From Chiloscyllium plagiosum (lineage: Eukaryota): a stretch of DNA of 64,000 nt. The stretch is taken from positions 1,942,306-2,006,305 of the forward strand of contig NC_057754.1 of NCBI RefSeq assembly GCF_004010195.1. Reading direction: 5' to 3'. Below the pieces are notes generated by a model, which saw only the letters and a list, made by a program, of their open reading frames with translations, did no database searches and had not been told where the DNA came from. The position numbers were made by a program, and so were the translations under genes. This document shows, piece after piece, positions 35,729-49,371 of the stretch (positions within the stretch are counted from its first letter, which is position 1; each line of letters starts with the position of its first letter).

Positions 35729-37248
35729 CTCGTCAGTTGGCCATAAGACACCTCTTACCCACCAGCTCTGACACCCTTTCGCCACATCTCCCCCCATCAC
35801 TGCCAGCCCTGACATCTCCCCTTCCCCGCGGGCCCTGAACTCCCCGCACCTCACAGGCCACCACTGTTGCTGACCTTGATAACCCCTTCACCACATCCCT
35901 GACCACTCCCTCACCATTGTAGGGACACCTCGCTCCCCAGATGCTGGCAACTTGCTTTGCAAGAAAAGAGAAAGAAGAAAGGAGTGGTTTACAAATGGCT
36001 TAAAATCAAAGATGTCGGAATTAGTCCATGTGAATTAGACACTGGAGTAAGACAATATTTATTTAATATTCTTTTAGTTGATGGCGCACAGAAAGGTTTC
36101 TTGCGGTAGCTCAGACACTGTTGAATTATTGGTGAAGATGTAGCAGTAATAAAAATACCTACTTTGGTTTAGCACTAACTAATCTGTGGTTTTAATTAGA
36201 CTTCTCACACAAGGTTTGGGGAAACACACCACTGCCTACTTTTTAAAAAGGGAAAATAAGAGCATTTCAAATAAAAACCCCTACAATAAGCAGAAGAGAC
36301 TAACAGTACAGATAATTCAATTCAGCTCTCCCTCTTATCTGTGACACTCCTCTTTTCCAGAGACAGCCTGAACCTGATCAATCTTTTCTGATAGAACCAC
36401 AGTCCCAATGGTTGAACATTTAAATCTAAGTACAAGGACTTCAAGAGTGGGAGGTACATCTTTTCACAGTGTTGAAGATAATAGATTTTTATCAATAAGG
36501 ATGAAAATGCAGACAAAATTTCAGATGAAGGCTGCCTCCTGGAATATGCTATAAGCCCTGTACTATTTTAATTTGACAGTAGTACTGTCAATCTCAATCG
36601 GCAAATTTTGAATGTGAACAGCTACACGACCTGAGCACAATATCATCGTTGACAATCCAGTGTGGCAATGAACAAATGTTGCAGTATTAAAGTTCCTATC
36701 GTCAAGGTAGACATAGAAGTTCTGTAACCCTAAAAGTCTGGAGTGTTCAAGACAATATTAATTCTTCAGTGGTCACATAAAACAGGGTCATCATATTTGC
36801 AGTTTAAGAGACAAGTTAATCATCTGTGAAGTGTTTGAAATGAGAAAAGTAGCATGGAAATGGACAATTCTTTTCCTTTCATACCATACCAAACACTTAA
36901 GTCCCTTTCAATTCTAATTTCAGCAGACTCTCATTACCCGATAGATAGTCTTTGAATGCCGGTCGAGTAAGCTTTATCCCAAGTACTGCATATTGAATAT
37001 TTTTATAACTAATGTAAAGATTATTTTTCTGACACCAATCTATTGTAGCAATTTTATTTTGTATACCACAGCAGAGATCAATATATTACAATGTTAAGGT
37101 GGTAATTTACAGTTCCACAGAGATCAGATCTTACCTATCAAGTCATTCAACGAATAGCACAGAATATACTCTTTTTGTTCTTTTCTATTCTGTCTCCTTG
37201 TTTCATATAGCATGATAAGCACTCAACTCCATGGCGTTATGTTCCTTA

Positions 37249-37453
37249 GCTGAAAACGTGTTGCTGGAAAAGCGCAGCAGGTCAGGCAGCATCCAAAGAA
37301 CAGGAGAATCGACGTTTCGGGCATAAGCCCTTCTTCAGGAATGCCCGAAACATCGATTCTCCTGTTCCTTGGATGCTGCCTGACCTGCTGCGCTTTTCCA
37401 GCAACACATTTTCAGCTCTGATCTCCAGCATCTGCAGCTCTCACTTTTTCCCT
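37249..37453. mobile_element. Fold-back PLE 3'-end insertion (HHR family A)
   Basis: Inverted arms meet near 37342. Perfect 13-bp TSD gttatgttcctta at 37236-37248 and 37454-37466. Confidence 0.9.
37311..37338 (-). ncRNA. Minimal hammerhead ribozyme core (family A), intact
   Basis: The minus strand reads cattc-CTGAAGA-A-GGGC-TTAT-GCCC-GAAA-CGTC-gattc. Confidence 0.75.
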
Positions 37454-37559
37454 GTTATGTTCCTTACTCAAGCTAAAACACTTGTTCATCGTTCATCTCT
37501 TCATTTTTAGTTAAAAATCTTCTCTCACTTATATCCCTTTTCCTTGATTGACTGACATT

Positions 37560-37785
37560 ATAGGTTGTGGGGTTGTCTTATAGCAAAAGGTTAGACAGGC
37601 TGGCCCTGCATCCATTTGGAGGAATATTAGGTGTTTTTATTAAAGCTTGAAAGACCCTAAGGGGATGTTGACAGGGTGGATGCTGAAAAGCTGTTTCCTC
37701 TTGTGTGAAAGACTACAACAAGGGCCATTGTTTAAAAATATGGGAACTCTCATTTAAGATGGAAATGCAGAGTTATTTCTCAGGA
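37560..37785 (+). mobile_element. Old CR1 3' fragment
   Basis: 'ttgacagggtggatgctgaaaagctgtttcctcttgtg...catttaagatggaaatg'. Confidence 0.65.
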
Positions 37786-37789
37786 ATTA

Positions 37790-38295
37790 TAGAGTCCCAG
37801 AGATGTAGAGTATGGAAACAGATCCTTCGGTCCAACTTGTCCATTCCAACCAGATATTCTGAAATAATTTAGTCCCATTCACCCGCATTTGGCCCGTAGG
37901 TCTTTGAGTCCTTCCTAATCATGTATCCATCCAGATGTCTTTTAAATGTTGTAACTGTACCAACCTCCTCCACTTCCTCTGGCAGCTCATTTCCCCACAC
38001 ACACCACTCTCTAGATGAAAAAGATGTTCCTTAGGTCATTTTTAAATTTTTCCCCTCTCATCCTAAATCTATGCCCTCTGGTTATGGACTACCCTGGGGA
38101 AAATACCTTGACTATTCATCTTATCCATGCCCCTCATGATTTTATAAACTTTTATAAGACCACCCCTCTTTAGGAAAATTGCCCCAGTCTATTCAGTCTC
38201 TCCCTGTAGCTCAAACCCTCCAACCCTGGTAGCATCCTTGTAAATATTTTCTGAACCCTTTCAAGTTTAACAACATCTTTCCTATAGCAGGGAGA
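37790..38295 (-). mobile_element. CR1 (HER1-like) 3' fragment
   Basis: Near-collinear with 23851-24370. Confidence 0.9.
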
Positions 38296-38309
38296 ACTAG
38301 TCATATAAT

Positions 38310-38868
38310 ATCAGTGGCGAGGAATTCTGCAACAAGTAACTCATCTCCTGACTGTCCAAAGCTTTTTCACTATCTACAAGGCGCAAGTCAGGAATGTGAT
38401 GGATACACTTAACTTGCATGAATGCATGAAGCTCCAACAATGCTGAAGAAACTTAAAACCATCCAGGACAAAGCAGCCTACTTGATTGATACAACATCCA
38501 CAAAACTTCACACTCTCCATCATTGACACTCAGTAGCAGCAGTGTGTATCACCCACAAGATGCACTGCAGACATTTGCCAAGGCTCCTTAGACAGCAGCT
38601 TCCAAACCCAGACTATTGTTATCTCGAAAATCAAGGGCAGGAGATACTTGGGAACGCCACCACCTGCAAGTTTCCCTCTAAGGCACACACCACCCTGACT
38701 TGGAAATATATTGCTGTTCCTTCAGTATCACTGGGTTAAACTCTTGGTCTTTTTTCTATCTGCAGCAAGTGGATTACAATGGTTCACGGAGACAGCTTCT
38801 GATAGGCAGTTAGCTATGGGCAGGAAATGCTGGTCAGCTAGTGACACCCACATTCAAAAAAAAAATCA
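38310..38868 (+). mobile_element. CR1-clade LINE 3' fragment (second family)
   Basis: 'HKMHCRHLPRLLRQQLPNP...TTCKFPSKAHTTLTWKYIAVP' plus the shared 3' tail. Confidence 0.8.
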
Positions 38869-41800
38869 CAACTACATCCCTTTGAAAAGTGACATTTTAA
38901 CAACTCTGGAGAGGGTACATTAATTCAGAAGCTTACATTGTACTCGGCCATGCCACAATGCAGACAGCCAGACTGTGCTTTAACCTGACTAGGTGAGGCC
39001 AATTCCACTGAATCTGATTGAAACTGATGAGTTAAATCTCTCCTTTTCACCCCTCACAGACTTACACACGCCATTAAAGAAATGTATAATTATTTGAGAT
39101 CAAAGCTGAAAAAAAATGTACTGGGCATGTATGTTTGGTTGAGTTTTGTTTTGAGGGTGATGGATAGTGAAAGTATCTGTAGCTCCATACCCGAGATTAG
39201 GGTTTAAAGATTGGGATGTCCAAATGATTAGAAAAAGCGATATTGTATTCTGTTCTGGAGGGCAGGTTACTTGCAACCACTCAGGAGAATAGATTGGCTG
39301 CCACAGGTGAATGTAGAGGCAGACAGGGTTATCCCTTTGGCTGAATCAAAATGACAAACAGCTGCTTGTGATTCAGGGCACACAGGAACTAACCTCATTG
39401 TACCAGCACACGGCAGACAGGCTGCTGGTCACACAGCAGCTGCTTCCAGGTTCAAATGTCAGGCCTATTTGTGAAATGCTTAGGCCATACAGGACCTACC
39501 TTTTTTTCATGGTTTGCAGTTTTGTTTTTAATTTAACATTTCCTTGACATTTTCCTGTTTTTTTTAACGCCCTTCATGGTGCCTGACCATCCCGTCACAG
39601 GGAATAATACATTAGTTTGGTTTTTTTTATTCACATGATGAATGAGGTAATTCTCTTTTGCTCATGCTGAAGAATATGTCTAGAATCAACCCAACTAGGA
39701 TTAAATGAATTTTAACACACATAAGAAAAAAGAAAATTTGAGGTTTGTAGCAAAGATAAGCCTCTCAGTTGGTGAAGAGATGTTAAGCAATTTCATTCTA
39801 GATTTCTATTGACCCATAAACAATTCAGCCGTTTGCAGTCCTCCACTGGGGATACAATTTACCTAAACTGTAATGTATTTGTCAAGTGGTTGGCAACAAG
39901 ATGTATGTTAGATAGTACAAAGTGTGAACGATTTGTTCCTCTTAACCTAGCATGTACTCTACACATACAGGATTGACCCTGAGATGCACATGAATCATAC
40001 AGTACTTGGGCGTGAGTGAATTATCAATTTTGCAGCGGTATACACCGCCTCCTTTTTTGTTGCAAGTTTGGTTCCGTTCTTTCTTGAACTATGATTCCAC
40101 AGTGGGTTGCCTTTATGTGCTGAGGCTTGTGACCATCAGGAGGGGTATCTACCACGGCAGACATTTCAGATGGGTGTGATTCTCTCCTCATTCAAAGCCA
40201 CTCTCATGCAGTCTCCAGCTGCTGTTAATATGGAACAATCAGGAATGAGAATCCTGTTCCATTTTAATCTCGATTAACACACAGCAAAATTGCTGACTTC
40301 AGGCTCCTTCTTCAATTTCTGACAGTGGCTCCCACTTTGAAAACATGACTGCACCTCTGTAAAGCACTTTGAGATGTTCTGAAGTTCCATGATGCGATAT
40401 TAATGCAAGAATTTTATTTCTCTCTCTCATATTTTCTGTTCTTTTTCCTTTCACTTTCATCCATTGCAAATATGTCTCCATCTTAAACTGATCTGAAGCA
40501 TGGCTATCTTTCAGTTTGATGCAATTGTACAGTTTTTCCTGTACCCTTGATGTTTTACTGTGAGCTTTATATCAAAAAAAGTCAGTTCTGAGATTTGTGT
40601 GTGTGATTTTTTAAAAGCTAAGGTAGCTGTTGCCTCCAAACAGCTGATGTGCTGAGTAGGATTTAGTTTCAGTCATACTGTGAAGGATTGCAAGTGCTGC
40701 AATGGCTTAGTGACCTTTATCAAGCCCCTGTACACATTGGCGGGTTAACAGTGTTTCAGATTAAAGTCAAGCCTCCCTCTGGTAGTTTTATGTAAATACT
40801 CCAGATCGGCTGGTTTATTCTTCCTAGTGCCCAGAGGTTTGTACCAGCCTGAGCCAGGGAATTGGTGAGCTCTCTTTCTTTCGTAACTGTTGTTACTCCA
40901 GACTGTGTTGAGCTGCGCTGAATACACAGCAAGTTGCTGTGCAGACATGTGTTTGGGGCTGTCTGAAAGCTGAGTCTTTTATCAGTCACTGTTCCAGCTA
41001 CCCTGTTTATACAATCCTAAAGCTAGGATTAAAAATGGTGTATATTCTATGTATAATTACCTGCTTCCACAAAATAAATAGTAATGTTTCTTTCCAAATC
41101 CAATGTAAAATAATGTCCGTGCATGCTGGTGCACTGCAAAGTTTGTGCAAATTGTGTGTTCTTTCATCAGAGTTGATTGAAAAACACTATTTCCTGTACA
41201 AATATCATATCACTGAGATACCCATGGGCTATCCTTTCCTTGCTGTTGCAGAATTTACATCTCCTTGACTTGGAGAAAGGAATGTGTTAAATGGAATGAC
41301 TCTGTAATGATAGAGTATGTACATTGAGTTGATGTGACAAATAATCTGACACTTGCCAGCACTTTAAGAGAATCTCGTCATTGATACCATTTTTCAAAAT
41401 AAATTAGATATTTAAAGTGAGCTAGGTTCATTTCTTAGTCGAAAATGATTTTTTTCCTTGCCTGATTTGCTGCAACAATTTCCTCCTGTCCTGAAGGCAT
41501 TGATACTGTCTTGGTGTAAAGTATCGGAGGCATGGATTCTTGATGAAGTGTGTATTTTTCACATTTACAAGCGTAAGAATTAGAAGCAAGTGTAGGCCAT
41601 TTGACCTCTCTAGTCAAATTCAATATCAGCTCCACCATTCAATAAAATGATGGCTGCCTTGATTATAGCCTTAATTCTACTTTTTGATACATCTCCCCCT
41701 CCCTCATCCAAAACTCTTGTAGGTTAAAAATCTGTCCAATTCAACTTTGAACATACTGTATTTAGTGACACAGCTTCCTGTATAATAGCAGATTATAACA

Positions 41801-41934
41801 AATAAACAACCCTTTGAGAGAAGAAATTCTTCCTCAAATAGCACACCTTTTCCATCTGAAATAGGGGACCCTTTATTTTGGAACTGTGCCCTACTCTAGA
41901 ACATTCTGGGGGATGTAATGATATAATGATCATG

Positions 41935-42413
41935 TCATCATTAACCCAGGAAGCATCCAGATAATGATTTGGTGGCCAGGGTTCAAGTCCCATCATGGCA
42001 GATGGTGGAATTTGATTTTCAAAAAACATTAGAATTTTAAGTTGAACCCATTGTCAATAGTTGTAAGAGCCTATTTGGTTGACTAATGCCCATTAGGGAA
42101 AGGAAAATGCCATCCTTACGTGATCTGGTGTAAATGTGACTCCAACCCAGAGCAAAATGATTGGCTCTTAACTGGCTTCTGAAATTGCCCAGCAAGCCAT
42201 TCAGCTATATCAAACCATGGAAAAGTTTCACATGTGGATTAAAATTAAATGGACTACTGGCATCAGCAGCAAACTGCTGACCCTGGAAAGTCCTCCTTAC
42301 TAACCTCTGGGGGGCTGGTACCAAAATTGGGATAGCTGTCTCACAAACTAGTCAAATAACAACCTGATATAGTCAATCTCAAGGAATCATACCTCAGAGA
42401 TGATGTCCTAGAC
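41935..42413 (+). mobile_element. LINE 5' end: SINE-like head running into an APE-endonuclease N-terminus
   Basis: 41950-42190 is homologous to 2515-2765. 42312-42413 translates as 'GLVPKLG*LSHKLVK*QPDIVNLKESYLRDDVLD'. Confidence 0.65.
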
Positions 42414-45400
42414 AAGTGGTTCTTTACCTTTTCAGTATCAAGATGCACTTCAGTGAGGCAAACAATTCCACGGCAATTCATAACATGGTACTGTTTGTCT
42501 CATTGAAATGCACAACCACTTCTCTCAACTGAATGGATTGCTCATAAAACATCACACTTACTTGCACTTACTATGGTTACTAAGAGAAAAATCATAAGCA
42601 AAATGCCACTGTCTTCCATTGTAAGCACAGATACACTTTCAAAATCTGCTCAGCCAATTCTAACTATTCTTGGAAAATGGATCAGAGCAAAACCCAACAC
42701 AGAAAATTGCAATTTACTGGGTTAGCGGGAAACCTGGGCCTACTGGTGTGTGCAGAACCTTTTTAATTGGAGGAGGAATTGATGAGAGGGCCACCTGCAA
42801 ATCTTACTCCATTGTCAAGTTCTCTCTCTTTTTTTTTTCATGAACATCAATGTTGAAAATACTAACTCTCAGAGATATGTTGTTGGGACGGCGAGAGTAC
42901 AGCAATAACATGGTCAGAGATCATAAGATATTTACATACTGCAGTCAGCCAAATGACTACAAAGTCACCTCTCTGAACTTCAGCTTCATCTGTAGCTCTT
43001 CATAGAGTCATAGAGATGTTCCTCTTTTTCTTTAACATCAGCTTTCGTTATGAATCAGAAGACAGTGAACTAAATAGATTGCGTATCCAGTCTTAGTCTT
43101 CCACATTTGTTGAACGGAAGTAGAATTTGAACTTCTCTTGCAGTTCTTTAAGATGTTTGAATGTGTGGCTGTGCAGCTTGACTGCTGCCTCATTCACTGA
43201 CAATATGGTTAGAGAGAGAGATCGCAAGTGAAGTCCCTGCTGCTGTCTCATTTTTGACTTGAAACCTTGAGGTATTTCAGTGGTAGTCAGGATTGTCTTG
43301 TTCTTGCTCTGCATTTTAGTATTCAGCTCATTCAGATGGCTGAAAATGTCATTGAGATTTAACATCTTAGCCCACCAGTAATCATTAAATAGTAACTCTC
43401 TCCATAAGGTAGTTCATGTGTTGTTGAAATCTCCGTTAGTCCTGTCTGGAGCTCATGAAAGACCATTCTCCTGCAATAACCATTTCACCTCAGTGTGTAA
43501 CAGTAAGTCCCAATGCTTGGCCTGATCTCTGCACAGAAAATAGTGAACAAACGTGATTTCAATTGTCCTGACCTGATGTAATTCATGATTTTCACAGCTT
43601 GGTCTCATACTGCAGCTAACTCTGATGGCATTGTTTTGGCTGCAACAGCTACAAGATGGAAGATGATTGGGTGATCTGAATGTCAGGATTTTGCTCTTTC
43701 ACCTTACTGACAAATCCTTTGCCTTTCTCCATCATGGAGGCTCTAACGGATCCCTCAAGTAGGTATCTGTTACCCAAAATATTTGTTCACAAGGTACATG
43801 ACAGAGCAGCTTCTTATAGAATTTCTCCTGAATGGAGTTCCCATCAATGTACTAAATGTTGTCCAACCGCTGAGAGTATGATCTCATCAATGTGTGAAGG
43901 ATACTTGCCACTAGTAGCTAACTTCTCTTGCATCATCACTTCGATATTAGCTGACATGTTGTCAATTTGCTGTTTAACTGTGTTTTCGGAGAGTAGAATT
44001 TTATCGATCTGAAGCATCAGCCCCAAGCATTACACCTACAATATTTTTACATGCAGGCATGCTAATGGGTTTGGAAACGGCATGAGACTTACTTGATTTT
44101 ACTACATGTTCAGCCACCAGGTAACTAGCTTCTTGAGTTTTATCCATCACTTGTGCACACTCCATCAGATGTTGCCTCCTCTTCTCTCAAGCTCTTGAAA
44201 TTCTGAATATGTTTATTTGCAAGAGATGGGTGTTTGATCTGTAAACGTTAGTTTACTTGGTACCATCACAGTGTCTGCCAGCTTCTTTCTGCAGATGAGA
44301 CATTCAGGCAAGGACAAACAGCACTTCTTGTCCATGGAAATCCCAGGACCAGATAGCTCTCATTGCACTGTCTCTGAACAGTTCTTGCTTTCAGATGTTT
44401 CATCGACTGAATTAGCAGAGGAGTCACCTGTTTTGAGAAGAAACTTTTCATTTCTTCTTAGATTTAACATTTGGAGAAGTCGAGTCAGAGAACCATTGAG
44501 TCATAAAGCATGGATACAGACCCTTCAGTCCAACCTGTTCATGTCAACTGTTAACCCAAACTAAACTAGTTCCACCTGCCTATGCTTGGCCCATATCCCC
44601 ACTAAACATTTCTTATTCATGTACTTAACTAAGTGTCTTTTAGATGTTGGAACTGTACCTGCAACCACCACTTATAGAGTCATAGAGATGTACAGCATGG
44701 AAACAGAACATTCGGTCCAACCCGTCCATGCTGACCAGATATCCCAACCTAATCTAGTCCCACCTGCCAGCACCTGGCTTATACCCATCCAAATGCCTTT
44801 TAAATGTTGCGATTGTACCAGCCTCCACCACTTCCTCTGGCAACTCATTCCATACCCGTATCACGCTCTGAGTGAAAAAGTTGCCCCTTAGGTCCCTTTT
44901 ATATTTTTCCCCTCTCACCTTAAACCTATGCCCTCTAATTCTGGACTCCCCGACCCCAGGGAAAAGCCTTTGTCTATTTATCCTATCCATACCGCTCATA
45001 ATTTTGTAAACCTCTATAAGGTCACACACATCCTCTGGAAGTTCAATCCACACATGAACCACTCATGTCATTTTAAAATCTTTCTCTGCTCACCTTAAAA
45101 ATATGACCCCTTGTTTTGAAATCCCCCACCCTAGGGAAAAGATACATGCCAATCACCTTATCTATACCCCTTCATGATTTTATAAAACTCTATAAGGTCA
45201 CCCCTCAACCTGACATTCAGATCACCAATGCATCCTCAAATAATTCAAAAATATTCACTTTAAAGTTTGTGCTGAGGTAGAATTGTGTCCAGACAGCCAG
45301 TTCAATCGCTGTTTCAATTGCATGCCTTTTTACTATGCATGCATAGTTCCTTCTCAGAACATGCTTGGTCCTGTTCATGAGAAGGTGCCAAACCTTTGTC

Positions 45401-45477
45401 TGTGCATATATCAGATACCGCAACGTAAAGCAGCGCTGCTCCCATGGATTTTGCAGCATACTGGTTGAAAATCTCTG
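42414..45477 (-). mobile_element. Decayed hAT DNA transposon (Buster/Charlie type; ZBED5/ZBED8/FAM200-like transposase), interrupted by CR1 fragments
   Basis: Minus-strand fragments read 'RQCNESYLVLGFPWT', 'LSENTVKQQIDNMSANIEVMMQEKL...IDE', 'LNDIFSHLNELNTKMQSKN' and 'TTYL*ELVFSTL' (about 42850-42885). TIR-like ends are aagtggttctttacc (42414) and ggttgaaaatctctg (45463-45477). The 8-bp flanks do not match, so the right end is tentative. Confidence 0.8.
44496..45212 (-). mobile_element. Nested CR1 3' fragments
   Basis: Two CR1 termini ('gagtcata' at about 44499 and 44677) and 'WNELPEEVVEAGTIATFKRHLDGY'. Confidence 0.9.
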
Positions 45478-45581
45478 ATAAAACTATTCAGATCACTGGA
45501 TTGCATGCTGTTCCACTGGCACTAGGCCAGACTCCTAACTTTGCATGTTGTTTTAAGCAGGTGTACAGTGGATATTCCAGG

Positions 45582-46091
45582 AGTGATGCAACTGGTCAAA
45601 GTACTGTTTAAACAAAACAGAATTTATTTGCAAGATTAGCGAATGAAACACAAACAAAAGAAAACAGAATATAGAGTAACTTTACCTCTCCAAAACCCCA
45701 ACAGACTAACCCCACCTAATAATGCTGCTCCAAATATTTGCAACAATCCCCATAAACACCCGTTGGCAAAAAAATAAGGTAAAATCAATCACAGGGTCTT
45801 ATAGGAGAGAGATGTTCAAGAGAGAGAGGATCAGTGTGGACCTGCTTCTTTGGATCCAGCAGCTTCACAACAGACTGCCCCGCAGTTCTGAACCCAAACC
45901 AAACCACACCAGAGAAATGCTGAGCTGGGAGAACTGGCCACTCCCTTTTCATTGTACAGGTATTTCTTTTAAAACTTAAAAGCTTTCTCAAGTAGATCAA
46001 CCCCTGACATATCGGAGCCTGTGTCTTTACGATCTCCTGAAAAAAAAAATCAACAACAACCTAACCTTGTTAAATGATTAGCACCATCACA
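45582..46091 (-). mobile_element. Probable solo LTR
   Basis: About 510 bp with inverted termini (a)gtgatg...catcaca, a minus-strand AATAAA near 45623, and ccag present on both flanks (one-base ambiguity). Confidence 0.45.
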
Positions 46092-47451
46092 CCAGTCAGG
46101 AAGAATTTGCCCTGGAAAACTTCAACATTGACCCTGAAAGCCACGTTGCTAAACTGCTCTTTTGTTCTAATTTCTCCCTCTCCATTTTTAGTAAGCTTTG
46201 TAAAGTGTTTTCAATTGTAATTTATTGTCGAACTCATTGAATATAGGTACATCAGAACATAGGAACAGGAGTAGGTCATTCAGCCCCTTGGGCCTGATCT
46301 GCCATTTAGTGAGATTATGGCTGATCTGTGGGCAAACTTCATGGTGTAAAATCTCTGACTACATTTTATCTTCCTCCTCTGGAAACCAAAAGCGCAGAAA
46401 CCAGCTTCAGTATCTCACTGCTGTGATGCTAGATCAGATTAATACATTTAGTACCGAAGGATCTTCCTGGCTGTTTTAGTTGAGCTCTTGTCTTAAATAT
46501 CTGAATTATTAGAAGAACTCAAAAATGTATGCGTTTTAATATTTCTAATATATTCTAAACAATTGGGGAAATTTGCTCATGATCCATCCTTGCTGGGAAT
46601 GCAGTTCCAGCAACATCCTGTTTTGTGTTTAACAAAATAGAAGATGTTTTGTAAATGACATATCTGCATTCCAAAGCACACTTCCTTGCTTTACTTTCCA
46701 GAAGCATCTTCTTCAAACACTGATATCGCTAATAAGGAAGCATACTGACTGGAAATGACTCTTGAAGTTTATGGGGAGGTACTGTCAAAGTCCACATTTG
46801 AAAGCATTGTAAATGATGCAAAAGTGTATCGAGGCATTTCAGTTTGTGTCAGGATGTGGTCAGACCAAGAAAGAAGATATGGATAATAGATTCAGCCTTT
46901 TCTCTTTCCTGCAGTCACAAGACAAGATCAATGAGTTTTCTCTAGGCTCTATTCTTTCATCATATTAATGATCTCCACTCATCATCTAACCTCACTGCTC
47001 TATCTCTGATGACTTCACCCGAGACTTATCTACTCACTTCAGATCTTATTCCCATTGTGCTCAATACTCCTGACATTACATCGTCTAATGATTGATTCTC
47101 TACACATTAATCTCATTCATGTCCTTTGATGGAGAATGAGAGTTCTTTCACTTCTTCATTATCTTTTCACCTCTTGATTTCTAACCACAACTATTATCAC
47201 TTACCTATGGCTGCTTCACCCTTGGTACTTCTCCATACCGTAATATTTTTTGCATCCCAGTACTTGTGGGCTTCCTACATTTCCCTCAGGTTAAAGTTCA
47301 AGAAAGATGGCTTCTTCTGCTAAACTAGTTTTTCAAAGCTCTACACTTGTTCACTGTTATAACAAAATAATTTAGTAGTCTCTTGATCTGTGTCCCTGTT
47401 TATGATTGTGTTAAATAGTGAGAAAGCAGAAATGCTTTCTCCCCTAACCAA

Positions 47452-48760
47452 AAGACCCAAGAACTATGGATGCTGGAAATCAGAAACAAAGACAAACATT
47501 GCTGGAACTCAGCAGGTCTGGCAGCATCTGTGGAGAGAAAAAAAAGAGTTAACCCTTCTTCAGAACTGATTGTAGCTGGGAAAAGGATGGTATATATGAT
47601 AAAGAAGGTATGGGGCAAGAAGTAAGTGATAGATGGAGATGGAGCCAACAGAGAGGAAAACAATTGAGCAGACAAAGGAAAGGTAAAGGTCAGCCTGGGT
47701 GAATGAATAGCTGCTAATGGGCATCATTTGTAGCTGACAATGGGTTGATTGTGTTAGCAGCCTATGTAATGACAGGTTTATAGGTAAGGACTTGGGAGAA
47801 GGTGTTCAGGGCCCTACATTTATTGAACTCAGTATTGAGTCCAGAATGCTGGTTCTTCGAGCTGGCTGTAAGATTTTCTGAAGTACTGCAGTCAGCCCGA
47901 GGCAGAGATTTTGGCAGGGGGACATGTGGTGGCGTGTTGAAAAGGCAGGGGATTGGAAACTCATGGTCATTTTTGAGGACAGAATGTAGGTGTTCTGCAG
48001 AAGTGGTCACCCAGTCTGCATTTCATCCCCCACATCGTGAGCAGAGAATATAGCAGACTAGATTGAGTGAAATGTAAGTAAGTCCCTCCTTCACCTGGAA
48101 GGCATGTCTGGGACCTTGGATAGTAAGGAGGGAGGAAGTAAATGGGCAGGTGTTACACCTTCTGCCTTTGTATAGGAAGATGCCGTGTGAGTGTTGGGGT
48201 ATTGGGACCATGGTATCCTGAAGGGATTGGTCCCTCTGGAAGGCTGACAAGGGAGGGAAACAGAATGTTTATCTGGTAGTGGCATCCTGTTGGCGGTGGC
48301 GGAAATGACGGCCAATGATCCTTTGGATGGGATGGCGAGTGAGGACAAGGGGGACCATTTCGCTATTATAAGAGGGAAGAGAGGGAGTGAGGACCAAAGT
48401 GTGGGAGATGTGTCGGACCCAGCTGAGGACCCTGCCAACCGTGGTGGTGGGAAATCATTGGTTGAAGAAGAAGGTGGACATTTAGGAGGTACCCTTGTCA
48501 AAGTGGGCATCATCAGAAACAGATGCGACGAAGATGAAGGAACTTGGGAAATGGAATAGAGTCTTTGCAGGAAATAGGGTGTGAGGATGTGTAGTTAAGG
48601 TAGCTGTGGGAACTGGTGAATTTGTAGTGAATATTCATGGCCAGTCTATCCTGAGAAATGAAAACAGAGAGGCGAGGAAGGGAAGGAAGGAGTTAGAGAT
48701 AGTCTGAGTGAAGGTGAGAGTGGGATGAAAATTGGAAGCAAAATTGATAAACTTTTAAAA
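47452..48760 (-). mobile_element. Decayed Penelope-like element 3' part (family B tail)
   Basis: Reverse-complement homologue of 3000-4455: 'GRRCNTCPFTSSLLTIQGPRHAFQVKEGLTYISLNLVCYILCSRCG' and 'SGLNTEFN'. Its HHR core is internally deleted (47545-47568). Confidence 0.9.
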
Positions 48761-49371
48761 TTCTGTTTTTATATCGTTTCTTCCTTTTTCTGTGATATCT
48801 GCCCAAGGCTTGCATGCTGCTCCTGAATCTGGGGAAACTTTCTTGTACTCCTGATGGGATTATAAGAATAAGTTTACTGATAGTTGAACCTTCTGTCACC
48901 TTGAGCACTTAACCTCTGTCCATTGTAAATTCATTATACATTTTCTTTTTGATACTTCAATGACCAGTCCTCTTGTTTTCTTCTTGTACTTTCCTGTCTC
49001 CTATCTCGCCATGTTCAAATCAATATTTAGCATGGTTTCTCATATTTCCACTCTTACCTTTCCTTGAAGTTCAAATGATGAAACTCTGTTTTCCACATGT
49101 TTTTGTCTCCCCTCCCATTTTTCATATTTTTAAAATTCAATCTTATGTTGCCTAAGTATTATTTCTTTATTTACCTTGTTAATCAGATAGTGCTGCCCTT
49201 TACATTGGCTTCTCAATTTTCAGAAGTACTTACACTTCTATACAGTACAAGGATGATTTGGAATCCCAAGTTCTCTGTGCATCAAATCCTGAACACAAAA
49301 CTGACTGCATTTTCTGGGATTAAATAAGAAAATCTCATTTGGAGAAGATTTTGTGTGGAAATGGCAAACAT

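Noticed and set aside
43093..44451. Domesticated ZBED/SCAND3/FAM200 gene
   Set aside because: Multiple stops and frameshifts show it is a decayed transposon copy.
46920..47320. Very old LINE RT-like remnant ('INDL' motif); similar sequence at 63380-63760
   Set aside because: Too degenerate to assign a family or boundaries by eye.
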